This document shows, one piece after another, positions 15,301 to 30,300 of a stretch of DNA of 64,000 nt (position 1 is the first letter of the stretch; the number at the start of each line of letters is the position of its first letter). Location: positions 434,001 through 498,000 of the forward strand of contig CM102286.1 in the NCBI GenBank assembly GCA_046563655.1, read 5' to 3'. The position numbers and the translations under genes are program-made. Under the pieces are notes generated by a model, which saw nothing but the letters and a program-made list of their open reading frames with translations, ran no database searches and was not told the origin of the DNA. The stretch is from Yuukianura sp. NJ FZ-2021. Its lineage: Eukaryota.

Positions 15301-18300
15301 GTTGAAACTCAAAGCATAAAACACTGGGCATCTTCAAAACCTTGATCTTTTTTGTTTTATAAATTTTTGAAACTGGTGGGATTCCAGTCGAGAGAGAAGA
15401 TCGTTACGACGTTGATGGTTTAGACAACAACAACAAAAAACTTAAGCACAACAACTTCACTTTTTACACAAAAAAAAGTTTTCAACCATGTCATCCCAAA
15501 AGCTTTTCCAAAATCACAAAAAGCGACACTTTCTAACGATTTTTTGTTCATGCTTGACCATTTCATTTTTTGACCAAAAAAGCGTCGTGCAAAACTTTTA
15601 GACAAAAAATATCAATGGCAAACCAAAAAACAAAGTTGGTCAGAAGTCAAAATGGGAAAAATTGCTTTTCAAAATTTCAATTTCGCTTTCCAAAAGTTCA
15701 AATTTTTCAATACTGTGAAAAAGCTTAATTGAATTGAATTTTTTTGAGTTGTGTGGTAAGTTGACGGTTTTAGTTTGAAAAATCTTTGTTCACGTTCACT
15801 CTTAAGTGCAATTTAAACGTGAGTTGAACTTGAAAACTGTTTTTCAGAAAAAGTTTTTAGAAAAGATTTTCAGTGAACGGAAGTTTGTCAGAATCACATG
15901 AGGAGAAAACAGTGGTAAAAACTATTAATTTTTAGAATCCAATTTGAACTAGACTGTCACGTTTCAAATCCCGTTTTCGGACTCGCATGCGCACGTTCTT
16001 ACGTTTTCATAACTTTCTGGACGTGACCCATTGTTACTCCCTCCAACTCCACTTTTCAACAGGTCACGTCCACTTTTTAGACGTGCTGGAAACGCAAAAA
16101 CTACAAACAGGTCACCTTAACCTTCCGTCACGCACACTTTCCCGCCGTGCAAAAATTATGAATCAAAAAATGCATTTTCTTGGCCACCTTGAAAAAGTTT
16201 GAATGAAACCTTTGTAATTTTTCAATCATTCATAAATTCAACAAAAAGGCGCGCAGATTTGAAGGCGTGGAGTTTTGTACTTGGGTTAGGTAAAAATTTT
16301 AAAAATTTTGGACAATGAAAATGATGAATGTACTTGTTGAAAATTATGCACATTAGTGCACAAACTTGTGCAAACAGGAAGAACAATAGGTGCTAATTTC
16401 TAACATTTCGGTTTATTTGTTTTCCTTGTTTACGTTTTGCATTTTGTCAAAATTATGGTACTTGTTTAAGGAATTTTTTAATCAAGCAGCCAAAATAGAC
16501 CTGGACATAATGAAAATTTCAAAAATGAAGAGGTCAATGACCTTGACTTTTTTTCTAGTCGGCACCGCCGAGGTCATCCCGGGAGCACTCAGCATGAACT
16601 TTTAGTTGCATAAATCATGTGGAGGTCAAACTCTTTTTGTTGAGAGTCACATCACTTACTTTTTTTTTTACTTTTGATAAAGTCCCCAAGCGGTCTTAAG
16701 TTTACAACTTTGAAAAAAGTGAAGCATGAGGTTATGACTTTTTAGAAGTGACCGAACAAGATCCCAAAGAGAACAACTGAAATTGTAATTCAATTGTCAC
16801 AATTGTCCAACATGTTCATCCACAATTCTCCGCTTCTCTTTGAAAGTTTAAATTATGGCGGGGAGATTCCACTTGACATCTTGGTCTCCTCATTCACCAA
16901 GTACAATTAATTACTTTTTCAAAATTTAACCGTAAACAACTTCAAAGTGTCTTCCAACTTGCAACTTTTGCTCTACAAAATTTATGTCGCATACAGTTGA
17001 GGTCAAACGGCAAATTCAAGTTGTTGTTCATTCAAAGAGTGAAACAATTCAAAAACTGAAAAATTTAGAGCGGTTAAGTTAAAATTTTCCTGTTAAAACC
17101 GCATGGAGTTTTGCTCTTTCTTTTAAAATTTTTGTCGAAAAAAAGTAAAAGCTCTTCGTTTATTTTCTCCGGATGGCTTTAAGTTTGGATTTTGAATGTT
17201 CCCGTGACACGCAGTGGGAGTGGAATTGGCTCCTGTGGATTTTGATCTTCCGAGGTCAAAGGTCATTTGTTCTTTTAGATTTGACTGTGTGTTGGAGTGG
17301 TGATATGTAAAACAGAAGATGTTAAGATCAGAATCTAGTGGATTCTGAGGAGCTTCTGACGACGGACTCAACTTTATGCACTTTTGTCCAAAACACATTA
17401 AACGTCACAGGGATTTTCGTTTTAAAAAGGCATAAACGCTTTTTATTTTACTTTTATGATTTGTGTTTAAACCCAACTAAAGAAATGAGTTTTAAACTTA
17501 AAAGTCGGAGATTTTCTTTCAAAACTAACTTCTAAAACAATGGAAACCTCCGTAGTTTCCAAATCCTTTTTCTTGTTTTTTTTAAAACTTAATTTTGAGT
17601 TTAAAAACAGGCGTTATGTAGCTGGTTAACATTTGACAATTTTATGGACGAGAGAACTACAGAGTCATCGCTAACTTTTAGTAGAGTTGACACTTGACAC
17701 TTTCAAGTTTCCACAAAACAATTAAATGCCTCCACGGTCTTTCAAAAAACAACTTTTGAATGGCAGTTTTAACATTTAAAAAAACCTTGATCTTCATTCA
17801 AAACTTTTCTCGTTTTATGTAAAAATTTTAAGTTTTTCTGCAAAGTTTCAATCGGCGTCAAAATTTAAACTGTAAATTTCTAGAATCTGAGGGATTTTGA
17901 AACTGTGAAATGAGTTTTGAACCCCGTTTGAAGGGGTTGAGTGGTGGGGTTGCGGGGTTTAGGGGGTGAAAGGGTTATGGGTGAAGCTGTGAAGCATAAA
18001 ATGTAATCTGGAATCAAAGTAGTGAAATGTCGTTGGTGAAACTTGATCTGAGTGTGAGATTGTCAATTTTGACGAAAAGGCGGGAGAGATGGGATTAAGT
18101 GATCAATTGAATGAAGTTATTTCAAATTCTTCCCACTTTGTCACAATGGAGAGAATGGAATGTCATCAGATGGGATCATAACAAAGGGGATTTCAATAAG
18201 GGCGCAGGGGCCCTTAAGGCTCCAATCACTTTCTACAATTCTACGACCACTTTCTTTTCGTATGCTAAAATCTTATTGCATGGACGAAGGATGATGGAAT

Positions 18301-21300
18301 TGGCCAATTCCTTCTAGGTTTCAACGTAGGTAAAGGTTATGTTAGGTGTGTGTGCTCAGTTGAGCAATAATCGTTCGATTTCATCGCTATTCTTTTCCAT
18401 TTCGAAATCCGGAGATTACAGAAATGTCAAATTTTCTTTTGTGGGAACACGGGATAATACAACTGTCACTTTCTAAGCTTTTCTTATTCAAAACCTCTGC
18501 GGTGTCGTTTGAAAAACTTTTGAAAAGTTTTAAAAATAATCAAACTTCAAAAAATTTGAAGATCAAATGCCGGTGAGAATCATTACGTTTTTGAACTTTA
18601 GAAGATCAGAAAAACAGTTAGATGATTTTGTGATTTGCGCAGAAAAAGTTTGACTTGACTGCGCAACTGCATTTAAATTTGAAATTATAATTGAAAAGTT
18701 GAATTGATACAACCAAGTTTTTGATTAACTTTTAATTGACTCTGCTGAACTTTTGAATTGAAACTTTGAAAAAGTGCAGCGTCACTGAAATTGAATTTTT
18801 CAATTTTCAGTTTCTAAAAGTTCCCACCCACGTTATTTTCTAAAACATACCAATTTTTTGTCAATTACCTCCGAGGTTTGGTTCAAATTATTTGAAAATT
18901 TGGGTTTTTGATTAAACCAAATTTTGCAAAAAGTTAATTTTGATTGATTTTGGACTTAAAGTGAGTTGGGCTGCTGTCACACCCTAAAATTCCAAGAAAG
19001 ATGGAACATTTGATGAAGAAGGAGTGAGTGAGTGAAGCTTGTTTAGAAAATGTTTTGATGCCAGTAGCAATTTGTTCCTTTTAATCATGCGTCGTGCCCA
19101 GTGGCACTTCATCTGCCCAACCAATCACAATTGATCACTTTTGTAATTGCAATTCACAACCAACAGGTCAAAACATACTTTTCAAACTAACTTTCTAACA
19201 TAACATGATCTAGGACGTCATTTCGCCGAATGAATTTCCCCGAAACGTATTACTCCGAATGAATTACTACGAAATGAACTACTCCGAAAGTCGAACCAGT
19301 CTAAAAGATAAATTTATTCTTCGAGGTAAATTGTGTCTCAGTCAGTAATTCATTTTAAAGTAATGCTTAAGGAGAAATTCATTCGAGGAAATGGTAAGGA
19401 TCCCATGACCCACACAAAATTTCTACAACTTACAAATTATCCATACCATGAGTTCAAAAAAATTCAATTTCAAAACTTTGTTTCAAATTGCAACAATTTC
19501 TGCGATTGCTCTAATTAGCCGATTGAATGTTCGTGGACTTTTGACTTCTGCGCAGATTGTGGTCAAACCTGCTCATGCTTCGGCATAAGTCTTTGACTGT
19601 AGTTAAAGCGTGAGTTATGAATGGGTGAGTGACTGGTGAGCAGGTGATTATTTCCCACTTTGAAATATGGCCCACACTTTGCGTTGTGGTAGGCCATAAA
19701 GAGCGTCATTCACACCGTGGCCACTTTGTTGCCACTCTGTTGCCATTGTAGCCACTGCCCATCCAAGAATTCAGATGAAGTATTCTTTGTCTCCTAATGG
19801 CTTTGTGAAACACTCCTTGTGCCCTCCTGCCTCCACTGCCACACCTTAGCACTGAACAACCTACAAAGTGCCGGAACTCAATCTGCACACGGGTCACTTC
19901 ACACACAGCTACTCATAACGGATCATAAGAGAAGGATTTTCAAAAATTCAATCTCAAAATTTTGAATTTTAAGATTATGCCTTTCTTTGGGTACTTTTTG
20001 ACTGACGGAATGAGGATTTTTGTTTAATCTTCTCCGGCGGCAGGGAAAAAAAATCCATACAGATCTATCTACCTCATCTGCCAAACTTGAAAAGTGGATT
20101 TCAAAAGTGGACCACTTTGTACAAACATTTCTTTCAAAAACGGTTTGAAATAGAAACATATTTAAACTAAAAATTTGGATTTAAAGAGAAGCGGAGCTTA
20201 TTTCCGTCAATTCTGGCGAAAAGTCACTTTCTTCTTTTTTTTACATTTGACTTTTTTTTTCTCTGAATGGATGAGGGAGACATCCGTCGTTTAATATCCC
20301 CCCTGAGTGTGTGTTGCGTAATTTGTGGAGAATGATTTACGAGTGTCATAAGTCTATTAGTGTTGGAATTGGAATTTAGGACTCACACAATCCACCCTAA
20401 TTGTCCAAATACGAATAGCATTCCGCTTTCTCCTCCGGAGAAACTGATCTCCCTCCTCCTCCTCCTCCTCTGTCGTTATGACCTCATCTTCACAAACGCC
20501 CTTTTAGTGCTACAGGACAATGAAAGCAAAGGTACAAAGTCTCCCTCCAACATCATAATAATACATAATGGAACGCACAAATTTTATGTCATTCACAAAA
20601 GCACAACTTCTGTACGCAAGGTCTACACAATTCCTTTCCAATAAACTTCAAGTTAAGCAGAAATCAACTTTCACCAAAAGTGTTTTATTGACTTTCACCC
20701 ACAACTTGCATCTTAGTCACCGTTTTATAGATTTTCAGAACATTAAAAATGTTGCTAACAAGAAACGGGAAAAGCTCAGAAAAATTAGGTTTATGAAGGC
20801 AACACGGAGCGTTATGTGCCCATCTCTGCTGAAAATGTTAGGTTAGCCTAACGTTAGCCTAAAATAACCTTCGCCTAACATACTCATAGCCTAACGTATG
20901 ACTACTTTTCAGGGTTTGATCAAGGTGAAAGCGTAAAAGTGAGTCTCCAGAGACCCACTTGGGATGTGGTCACTAAAAGATACTGCCCAACTCCGTTCCG
21001 TTTCTAAAAAAGAGATGCCCAACTGTGTTATTTTTCTAAAAAAGAGATGCCCAACTCTGTTACGTTTTCCAAAAAATAAAATTTATGACAATTGTTACAA
21101 ATAAAAAAGCGGGAAAGGGCAGCAGTGGCCAACAAATGTTTCATTTGCGCTTTTCCACTCGACTGGGAGCTCAACTGGGGCAATGTGAGACTTTTTTGAC
21201 CAGCAGCAGGAAAACAGGCCTCCGTGATCTTGATAAAGCTGTTGAGGAAGAGAGGGGGGAGTGAGATTCGATCCTACTTCCATCGTCAAACCATTCCCCT

Positions 21301-24300
21301 CTCTCTCCACTACGCTAAAATGTTACTTTTATGTTAAGCTGGACGGTCAACTCTCCAGAAGGTGGACATCGTCCATAACTTACTCCAGCTCAATTTTATT
21401 CCAAATGTCATTGTTTCTCCCCAAATTTCATTTTTTGTCTTTTTTTGTTCTGAAAAAAGTGAAATTTGATGGGCCAAGATGAAAGTGGACATTTTGAAGA
21501 ATTTACATAACTTATGTCATCTGATCTCCTCGAGAGCCCGCTTTTTTCAAATTTGAAATTCCTGATGGCGGGAAACTTTGAAAGTTAATGGAAATCCAAT
21601 ACATCAGAAGAGACTTGGATGATCAATTAGTAACACATCTCTCTTTTGACTGCACAAATGACCGCAACAACTGTCCATCCTTTTCAAAAAAAAGTTGAAG
21701 TTTAGTTTTTTATGGCGGGAGAATTTAAATTTTGAAAAGAAAAAAATCCACGGACCCCACACCACGTTTTGATTGATTTTCTTCTCTTTCTTCTTCTTTC
21801 TGAATTTAGACATGTGCCAATGAATATTTGAAATTTGAATAAAGCCGGTTTTGAAAATTCAAAAAATCTCCCGCTTTTTAATACTTTCTTTGTTCATTTC
21901 AATCTTCTTAAAAGAGCCCATTAACCTCTCCGTGCTTTTAGTATTCCACTTTGTCTGTAAAAGGAAAACTACACTTAAGAAGTCAGTCCAAATTTGGAAA
22001 GTTTGATTTCAAAACCACTTTAATTGAGACACATTAATTTGTATCTAGATTACTTATTACATCAGTCCAATTTGTAACATTTGTGTCTCAATTTGGACTT
22101 TTACAGCTTTTTTTGCAACACACCAGTCAAAAAGCCTTCGAAATTTTGAAATTTAAATTTTTTGAAAATCCTTTGATCTCTTTTTCCTTCACAGTGATTC
22201 CGACTTTCTCTTTTCCTCTCAACGCCTTTCACCACAAACTCCCGCTTTGAATTTTTATAAACTTTGGAAATCCTTTGAAGTTGGGAATTGGATGTCAAGG
22301 TTCAAGGGTTTGGCACCTAGGACAAAAAAAAGTTAGGTTAACCTAACATTTTTAGAAGTGTGAAGTGTTAGGCTTAATACCATCAAAAAGTACTTGTTCA
22401 ACTCCCCAGAGTAAAGCTAACCCTAACCTAAAACCTCAAAAGTTCAAACAAAATCACGTGATTAAAATTAACGTATTCTGGAGTAGTATAGGGAGAGGGA
22501 AATTCAAAAGTCAAAAAGTGATTGGAGAAAAGTGCACTTTCTCTTTTTTGTGGTTTTGGTTATTTTTGGGATGATACATGCGTCCCCTGGGTTTTTAAAA
22601 CCCGGTTTCTGTTCCCTCCAAAAAGAAAAAGAGTTATGAAAAACGAGTTTTTTGAATTTCCCGGCATATTCTGAGGCAGATTCAGATTTAGAGACTTTTG
22701 GATTGCTCTTTTGTGTCCCATTTCGTGGGTTTTTCTTTGTCTCTTTTTCAAAAAAATAATAGGGACAATAAAAATAAGAAATTCGTTTATGTCTATCTCT
22801 CCGTCTGCTCACAACTCCCTTGTGTCTTTACCAAATAGACAATTCAAGTCACTAAATTATGACAACTCTAACTTCAAAATTTTCAGAAAACGAAGAAAAT
22901 TTTGAAAAGTTAACAAAATACAGATTTTCAGTACAAGAAGATCTTCCATGATGTTTCAGCTAACAAAGTTTTGTTCAAAAACGGGTTTTTGGATGACAAA
23001 AATTGTAACTTTGCTTTAGACTAGAAATTTAGAAAAAAGAGAACTTGTGGGACATACTGTACATTTTACGCAAGGAAGAAAGAGCGGGATTTTTGTATTT
23101 TTTTAAATTGGACATTTGAATGCAGTGAATGCCTTTTAATTAGAGAGTGATTAGCCTTTTCTTTTATTTCCACTTGAATTTTCTCCCTCCAGAAACAAGC
23201 GGGGAGAGTGGAACATTCTTAATTAAAAGCAAAAAAAAAGTCTTATCCATAAAAAGTAAATGAGCCGAAAGAGTCAAAGAGCCTGTCACACTTGGTCCAT
23301 GTTTTATTTGTTCAATTTTGAAAACTCCCGCGCTCTTGAAATTTAAAAAATTACTTTTCTCTTACTATCGGCTTTTTCTCTCCCAATTTAGGAACTTAAT
23401 TATGAGACAATGGACGACATTGCAGCATATTAATTTTATTGACTCTTTATACTCCATTTTCTTCAAATACTGGCAATACTCTGCAAATGCTGGCAGTACT
23501 TTTTGAATTTTTAAGAGAAAAAAAGATTCCCCGCCAAAAGCCCACACTCTTTTGAGACGGACTATAAATTTAGTCAACATGCCCCGGAAAAGCATGTTTT
23601 TAGTGAAAAATGGGGTGAAAAGGAACTTTTTAATTCCTTTTAAAAACTGCTCTGCTTTTTCTTAATTAAATTTTTTCTAAGAGTGTAACAAGTAACTTCT
23701 CAAACGATAATATTTTTTCTTCAAAACATGTTCTGAAAGTTGTACTTTTCACTTTTAATTTACTACACTTACGACTTTCTAGTTTTTCATTTTTAATTAA
23801 ATTAGCTCATAATTCTCGCTGTCTCTGAACATGGAAAGCTAATTTTTCAAGAAACGCTTAATTCAACTCATTCATCATTAGTAACTTCATTGGCAAATGA
23901 AATTGAGACTTTTTCAAAAAGTTAAACTCACTTTTTGAAACTGCTCAAGTTGTGAAAAGATTTATGACGCTTGTTTTCAAAAAAGAGAGTTATAACTTAT
24001 TTACGATTTGAAATTTGCCCCTCGTTTTCTTTTTTAATGTGGATGTGTAGCAGAAACTTCTGAAAAGTGAACGAGTTGGACAAGAACTAGATAATTAACA
24101 CTGACTTTTTGGTTGAGCAATTAGAGAGGAAAAAAAACGAAAAAGTTAAGAGACAAGTTTTTTGAAAATTTATGAGAAGTAGGAGGAATTAATGGCTACT
24201 GTGAAATAAATTTTGGAAAATTGTTAATCGTTATGAAATGAAATTTTAATTCAAAGTTGCGTTTAATTTCCTACGCAATTAAACTGACGAAACAAATAAG

Positions 24301-27300
24301 TTTCAAAATTTTCGTTGTCTGATTTATTACCCCTATAATTTTTTAGTCTCCTGAGTTATACAATTACAATCTCCTCATCAATAAAATTCAAGTTTTGTGC
24401 GTTTTGCAATTTTGAAAATGACCATATTTTTGAAATTGACAGTTTTTTGTTTTGGTTTGTGATGAAACTGTTTTCCAAATTTTGGCAAATTGGCAGATTG
24501 TGAAAAGATGATTCTTGTTTTGTAATTTTGGCGAAACAAAAAAGCGGGAAACGCCCAACTACGACTAGCCACACCCACGCCCAGGTCCAACAATTATTTC
24601 GCATTTCAACTTTGCTTTGAAAAAAATTCCAGATCTTCAAATCTACAACTTTTTATACATTACTCAAATTTTTGCAAAAAAGTTGCGAAATTTTGTAGTC
24701 TGTCAAATTAGCAACAGTTGACACTAGAATGTTGAACCGTCTGCCGAAGTCGTCAAAAGTTGAAGTTTTTGTCATTGCAAGGTTGTTGGGACTTGATTCT
24801 TCTCAAGAAGTTTCTCGTCATTGCTTTAAAACTTTTTTTTAAAAGACAAAAACAAGTTTTTGTTCATTTTTCGGAAATTATGGAAAGTAGATACGCAGTG
24901 GGATTCCACTGTTTTCGGACAAATGCTTCTGACTAGAGGATAAAATCTACTTTTTCATGACTCTTTTCTTGTTGTTTTATTGTTTTTCCAATCGGCACAG
25001 AAGAATTCCAAAGTATTAAATTTCCATCGGATTGTTTGGTGCCAAAACATAGAAACATGTCTAATGTGTCAATAATGCCCCCGGCACTTCGGATTCCTTT
25101 TGTCCAACAACTCTAACAAAGACACTTAACTTTTAAATGTTTTAGAATTCACAGCAATACAGTCAATCCTCTCAAATAGGAACTCGCTGTGATTGGTTTG
25201 TTGATTGGCGCTTAACTTAAACTTTCTAATTATGCGAGAATCACAGGTATTGTAAAACCAAAAACACGGTTGATTTCCTTATCATCTCATTAGTACGAAA
25301 GCAATAAGTGCGAAAACAATAAATTCGAATTCAGCAAGCTGGAAACAGTGGATAGTGGAAGCGAGCTTTATTGGTATGTACGTTTGGGTTTCATTGGAAT
25401 GTATATTCAATGTTGCCAACTTATAGAATTCGCGCGTATTGTTTTCGACTTAATGACCTGTTGTAACCTTTTATTCACCAGTTGTAGTCGATTTATTTAC
25501 AGTTGAGCTCCGTACAAAAACGTGAGGTTTTACTGTATTCCGCTTTAGAAAAGAGAGTTGCAATTTGAGAGTTTGTACTGTAGTTGGAGTAACTGATTGA
25601 TTAATTCCATCTGATTAAAGTTTCTCACCTGAGTCTTAATTGATGGAAAGGTGAGAACAGGGAATGGCAATAAATAAAAGGGATTGGAGATAAGGGAAAC
25701 AATGGGAAAATGATCATTAGAAGATCACGGTTTAGGCTGGAGGCAACTCTGGAACTACGCACAGAGGTGTGAACGCCTTCACTGCTCCACATTCATCACC
25801 ACTCAACCAAAAAAGCATAAATTTTATTAGCACCCAGAGGTCACTGACCTCTTGTCTCATCAATTAACACGATTGACCACTGATATGTTAATGAAAAACT
25901 AAATTCATCTGAGTTTTTCAAAATTATTTAATGTTTTGGATTTTTCGTTAGAGTCATGCACCTACATACTACTATGTAGTTTGTGATTAGACTCATGCAC
26001 GGTGTATGTGGTTTGGGTTTGAGTAAATAATTATTTAAATTATAACTTAATTGTAAATAATTAATAACTTGTTTTCTTTTTTTCATTTCAGGCAAACTTT
26101 TGACCAAAGTGGCCGCTTTCCACCGAGTGCACCTTCTGTCCCGTAAGTAAAAAATTTTACGTTTTTGTTGCTCCTAAATTTTGTTCCGTGTGTAAAGTTA
26201 TGAACTTTTGAAGTTAATGTGTATAATTTTATTGTAGCGATTAAAACTGTCAACTAAACAAGTTGAGGAAGGGATGATTAATGTTGAGTTGAGCAAATGA
26301 AATTGCAAAACAACTTTTTTTTCGTATTCTGATAAAAAAAACCCGGTAAAACAAGTTGGTTAGCTTGGTTAAGCATAAGGAGCTTTTAAAGTTACATTCA
26401 CTCAGTAGTTGTTCAGTGGAAAATATTAAGTAAAAGATTGGTAAAAATCTACACGTAGAAATCACTAGCTAAAAACACTTAAATTCCTACCAGACGGCTT
26501 GGCGTACTGAACTTACGCCGATTTTTTTTAACTTTCTACCGAATTAAATTTTTTCAGTTCAAAAATCTTTAGTCCTTCTCAAAAATTTAGGTTACCTAAC
26601 TACTAAAACCAAATGTATATTTTTTATGAGCATCAAAATGAACCAAAGAAGACCAACATAAAACTAAAGTTTTGCCTACAATACTTTAGTAAATTTTGAA
26701 ATTTTTTTTTCGGTGGAGTAAAACCGCGAAAAGTTCCACTCTCAAAATTTATTGTTCCCATCAATCTTTGTTTCACTCTTAACCAAAAAGAAGGGAAAAA
26801 ATGAAAACAAGATTTTCGTATTTCCCGGTTGCGGGCTTTTCCATTTGGCGGGTTTTGGGCAGTAAGTGAAGCCCAAATCCTTTTGGACTTACTGTGCCTT
26901 ATGAATTGAAGAAAACGGGTTTTGTGAGAGGGTCCGCGTGAGAAATGCGTCTGTAAATCAAATGCCCGGCAAATATGACAAGAGAGAGGGATGAATAAGG
27001 AAATCCTTAGCATACAATTACTTTTCAAAAGGAGAGGGAAATTCAAAAAGAGTCGGACACTTTCTCCCCTCTCTGCATTTGACATATGGAAAAGAGAAAT
27101 GTCATCCTTTTGTCTTTTCCAGAAGGGGAAAATATGTTACGATTCATAGTTACTCCCTCCATAACATAGAAACTCTACATCTTAATTTTCCAGAGATGGA
27201 CAGAGTCCACTTTATTACAAAAGAGATCAAGAAGATTCACTTTCACCCCCCCCTCTCTATTCACCCACCCCCCTATACAACCCCCTCTCCATCTGACCCC

Positions 27301-30300
27301 CCCCCCATCTCAACCCCCCCCCCTTCTGTTATGACTTTTGACAGAAGGTCATTCATTTTTTTCCTCCCCCTCATTTTCTTTTTCATTTTGATGCGTTTAG
27401 AGTCAGTTGTGAGAAGATTTCACAAAAAGCAACGAAATTGCTTTCTCTTTTGCTCATTTGTCATGAAACTGCACAAGAAGAAGGTTAAGGTTTAAGAGTA
27501 GGTTAAGGTTAGGTTAGCGTTAGGTTATCTGCAGAAGTGGATTAGGTTAGGATGGAAGTGTTCAGGAGACAGTAAGTTTGAAATAAACGGCTGATTAGAT
27601 TGATGCTTTCCCCTCCTCTTTTGTTGGAAATCATAAAGGGAATTCCTGAGGGGCGGCAAAAAGTCCAACTTTGAAGGAAATGCATAAAAACGGAAATAAA
27701 AGGCGCGGAGAAATGAAGTTCTCATTTAATCTAAGCGAAAGAATAAAACGAAAAGTTGGACCAGAAATGATCTTGGCTCCACTTTCACTCTCTCTTTCGG
27801 TGACAATTTTAGTTTAGGATAGTAGTGACTTTAGGGTGGTGTGAAATGCGAATCTTCCTTTTCCGAGGAATGACCCATCCCCCAGGAATTTTCCAAATGA
27901 CTTTCACTTTATATGCGAAAACCCTCTTTAAAAAACTTTCCACTTCAACTGGATTAGATCACTGGGTGACAAAAAATTCGATTTTCAAAAAAAAAACTTG
28001 GATTTTTTTTCGATTGGATTTTCAATACACCGTTTGCTCAGAAAAACACAATGGAAACCTCTCTTTTTTTTCCAAAAACAGACATGGGCATAAAAACCTG
28101 ATTTTTTTTTAAATGTTCCGCTTCTGGAAATAATCGTTTTGGGAACAATAGAGTGTTAGTTTTTTTTTTTACAAAAGAGAAAAAAGATAATGAAGGCGCT
28201 AAATTTCAAATAAGGAGGCTCTCTGGTGTCTCTTGAGTAAACAAAAGAGATGAATGGAACCAATAATGGACTTCCCCTCAAGCACTGCTTACACATTTGG
28301 GCATTTTATAAAAAGAGCGGCAAAAAAGTTTTATTGGATCAACTTTGGCTTCAAGGGAGAAGCCAAAGCGGAACTAAATGGGGCGATATGAAACTTTTCA
28401 AAGCTTTTTTTTGGTTTTGGTTGAACAGGCGGGAACGTTCAAATTTGGGCATCCTAATCCCCTGGATCAAATAATTTGTGGATTAGATTGCTTCTGCTGT
28501 AGATTTTTAGAAAAAGTTACACAAAAAGTTCTCTTGGTCGTATCATCAGTCTCAATTAGGCTTTTGATCGCTTTCCAAATTGTGAGTTTCTCCCCTCTGC
28601 TCAAATTACATTTTGAGAAAATGTATCGAAATTAGACACGATTTTTTTTTGTCTAAAAAGATTTTAACTAGAATTACTTTTCGAAAAACCTGTTATTATT
28701 CTGGAGAAACTACAACTAGAGTCTGTTTTTTTTTAAATTTTGAGCGCCAACGTCCAAATTATTCTCCACTGTATTTGTTTTTCAATTGGGAGATCAATTT
28801 AAGATGTTGTAAGTATGTACAATAATGATGGGCTACAGAACAGGTTACAAGCCATTTACAACAGAAATCACCCATGATTGAAAAAGATTTCAAAAAAGTT
28901 TTCTGAATTTGAAAACTTCTTTTTTCGATTTTCGGAATTTATGAAATTAAATTTTTACGGAGGATCAAAAACCGTGTGAACCGTAGAACACGCAAAACTT
29001 TTTTTTGTAAGTTGGCAAAGTTTAAAGTTTTGAAAAGTCCCGCTGCGCCTGACTTTTGAATTGTTGTAAACGAAGGATTTAAATTGAATTTATGTTTGTT
29101 GGCCTGTAATTAATTGTGCCCTTAATCACTCCCGAACAATCTTGAACTGGCAGTTAAGAAAAAACTTAAAAGTAGCCATAACACTAAAACTTCATTATCC
29201 CTACGATTCCTTGGGATGAGCAGAGTGGAGAAAATCGTGAAGTGTCCGTCAGTAAACTTGTAATTCTGCTCAAAAGTTTGGATGAGGCGTGTTAATTAAT
29301 TTCACCTCCTCATGAATATTCTGATGGGCAGAGAGAGTGGGGCTAGTAAATTACAAATATTTGATGAAATTACGACGTGGACACAGCCGTTTTAACTCAC
29401 AATCCTTCTGAAGAAGGCTTACACTCAAAACCTGGTTTTTACACCAGGGTTCGACAAACCCACCCCCACAACACTGGGGAGTTTCTCCACTTTCAAAATT
29501 TTAACTCTCTCCAAAATACAAATTTCTTTCACAAATCGATTACAATTTTCAGATTTGATTGTTTTTGTTTTAAAACTAAATTCTACCTTCTGTCAAAAAA
29601 TAAAATTCGACAGACAGACAGACGGACAAACTCGCACTAAAAGTTTTTTTTAGCAAGAAATGATGAGCGTACGGTTTAGAGTAGAAGCTAAATTCTACGG
29701 AAAATTCTAAACTAAGTTTAAAGGTTGGGTATGAAACTGGGTATTTAAAACAAACCCTCTGGGTATTTTGACGGGTAAAAACGGGTACTGCTGAACCCTG
29801 ACTTGTTTAGAAGCCGTTTGAAGGGGGCAGGACAAGAAGTGACTCGAGACAGGTTTTTAATTCGTTCTTGGACTAATGTCCAACTGGCGAGAACAAATAC
29901 ATGAGAAGTTGAGATTCAAAAGAGACAGTGACAAAAGAGAGAAGTTTTTCCCGGAGTTCAAGAGAGGTGCATTACTCTTACTGCCTTGTTAAGAGACCAC
30001 TGGTGTTTTCATGGGTGTCTCAGTAGGGTGCAGAGGCCCTTGACTCTTAAGGGGTCCAGAGGTGCAGTGCCCATAAATTACGTCATCCAAACACAGTTTT
30101 TGAATTGGAAGAAGCACGAGACTCAGAGGGGTGGAACAGGAAAAACAATTCAATGACCAAAACCCATTAATAATCCACCTCCAACTCCCTTAGATTAATA
30201 GTGCGCATGGGCACTTTACTCCTTAAACTTTAATTGAATTCCAAACTTATGGGTAGCCAAAATTTCCAAAAACTTTTTTGAGCTAACTTTTTTTAAAGAA

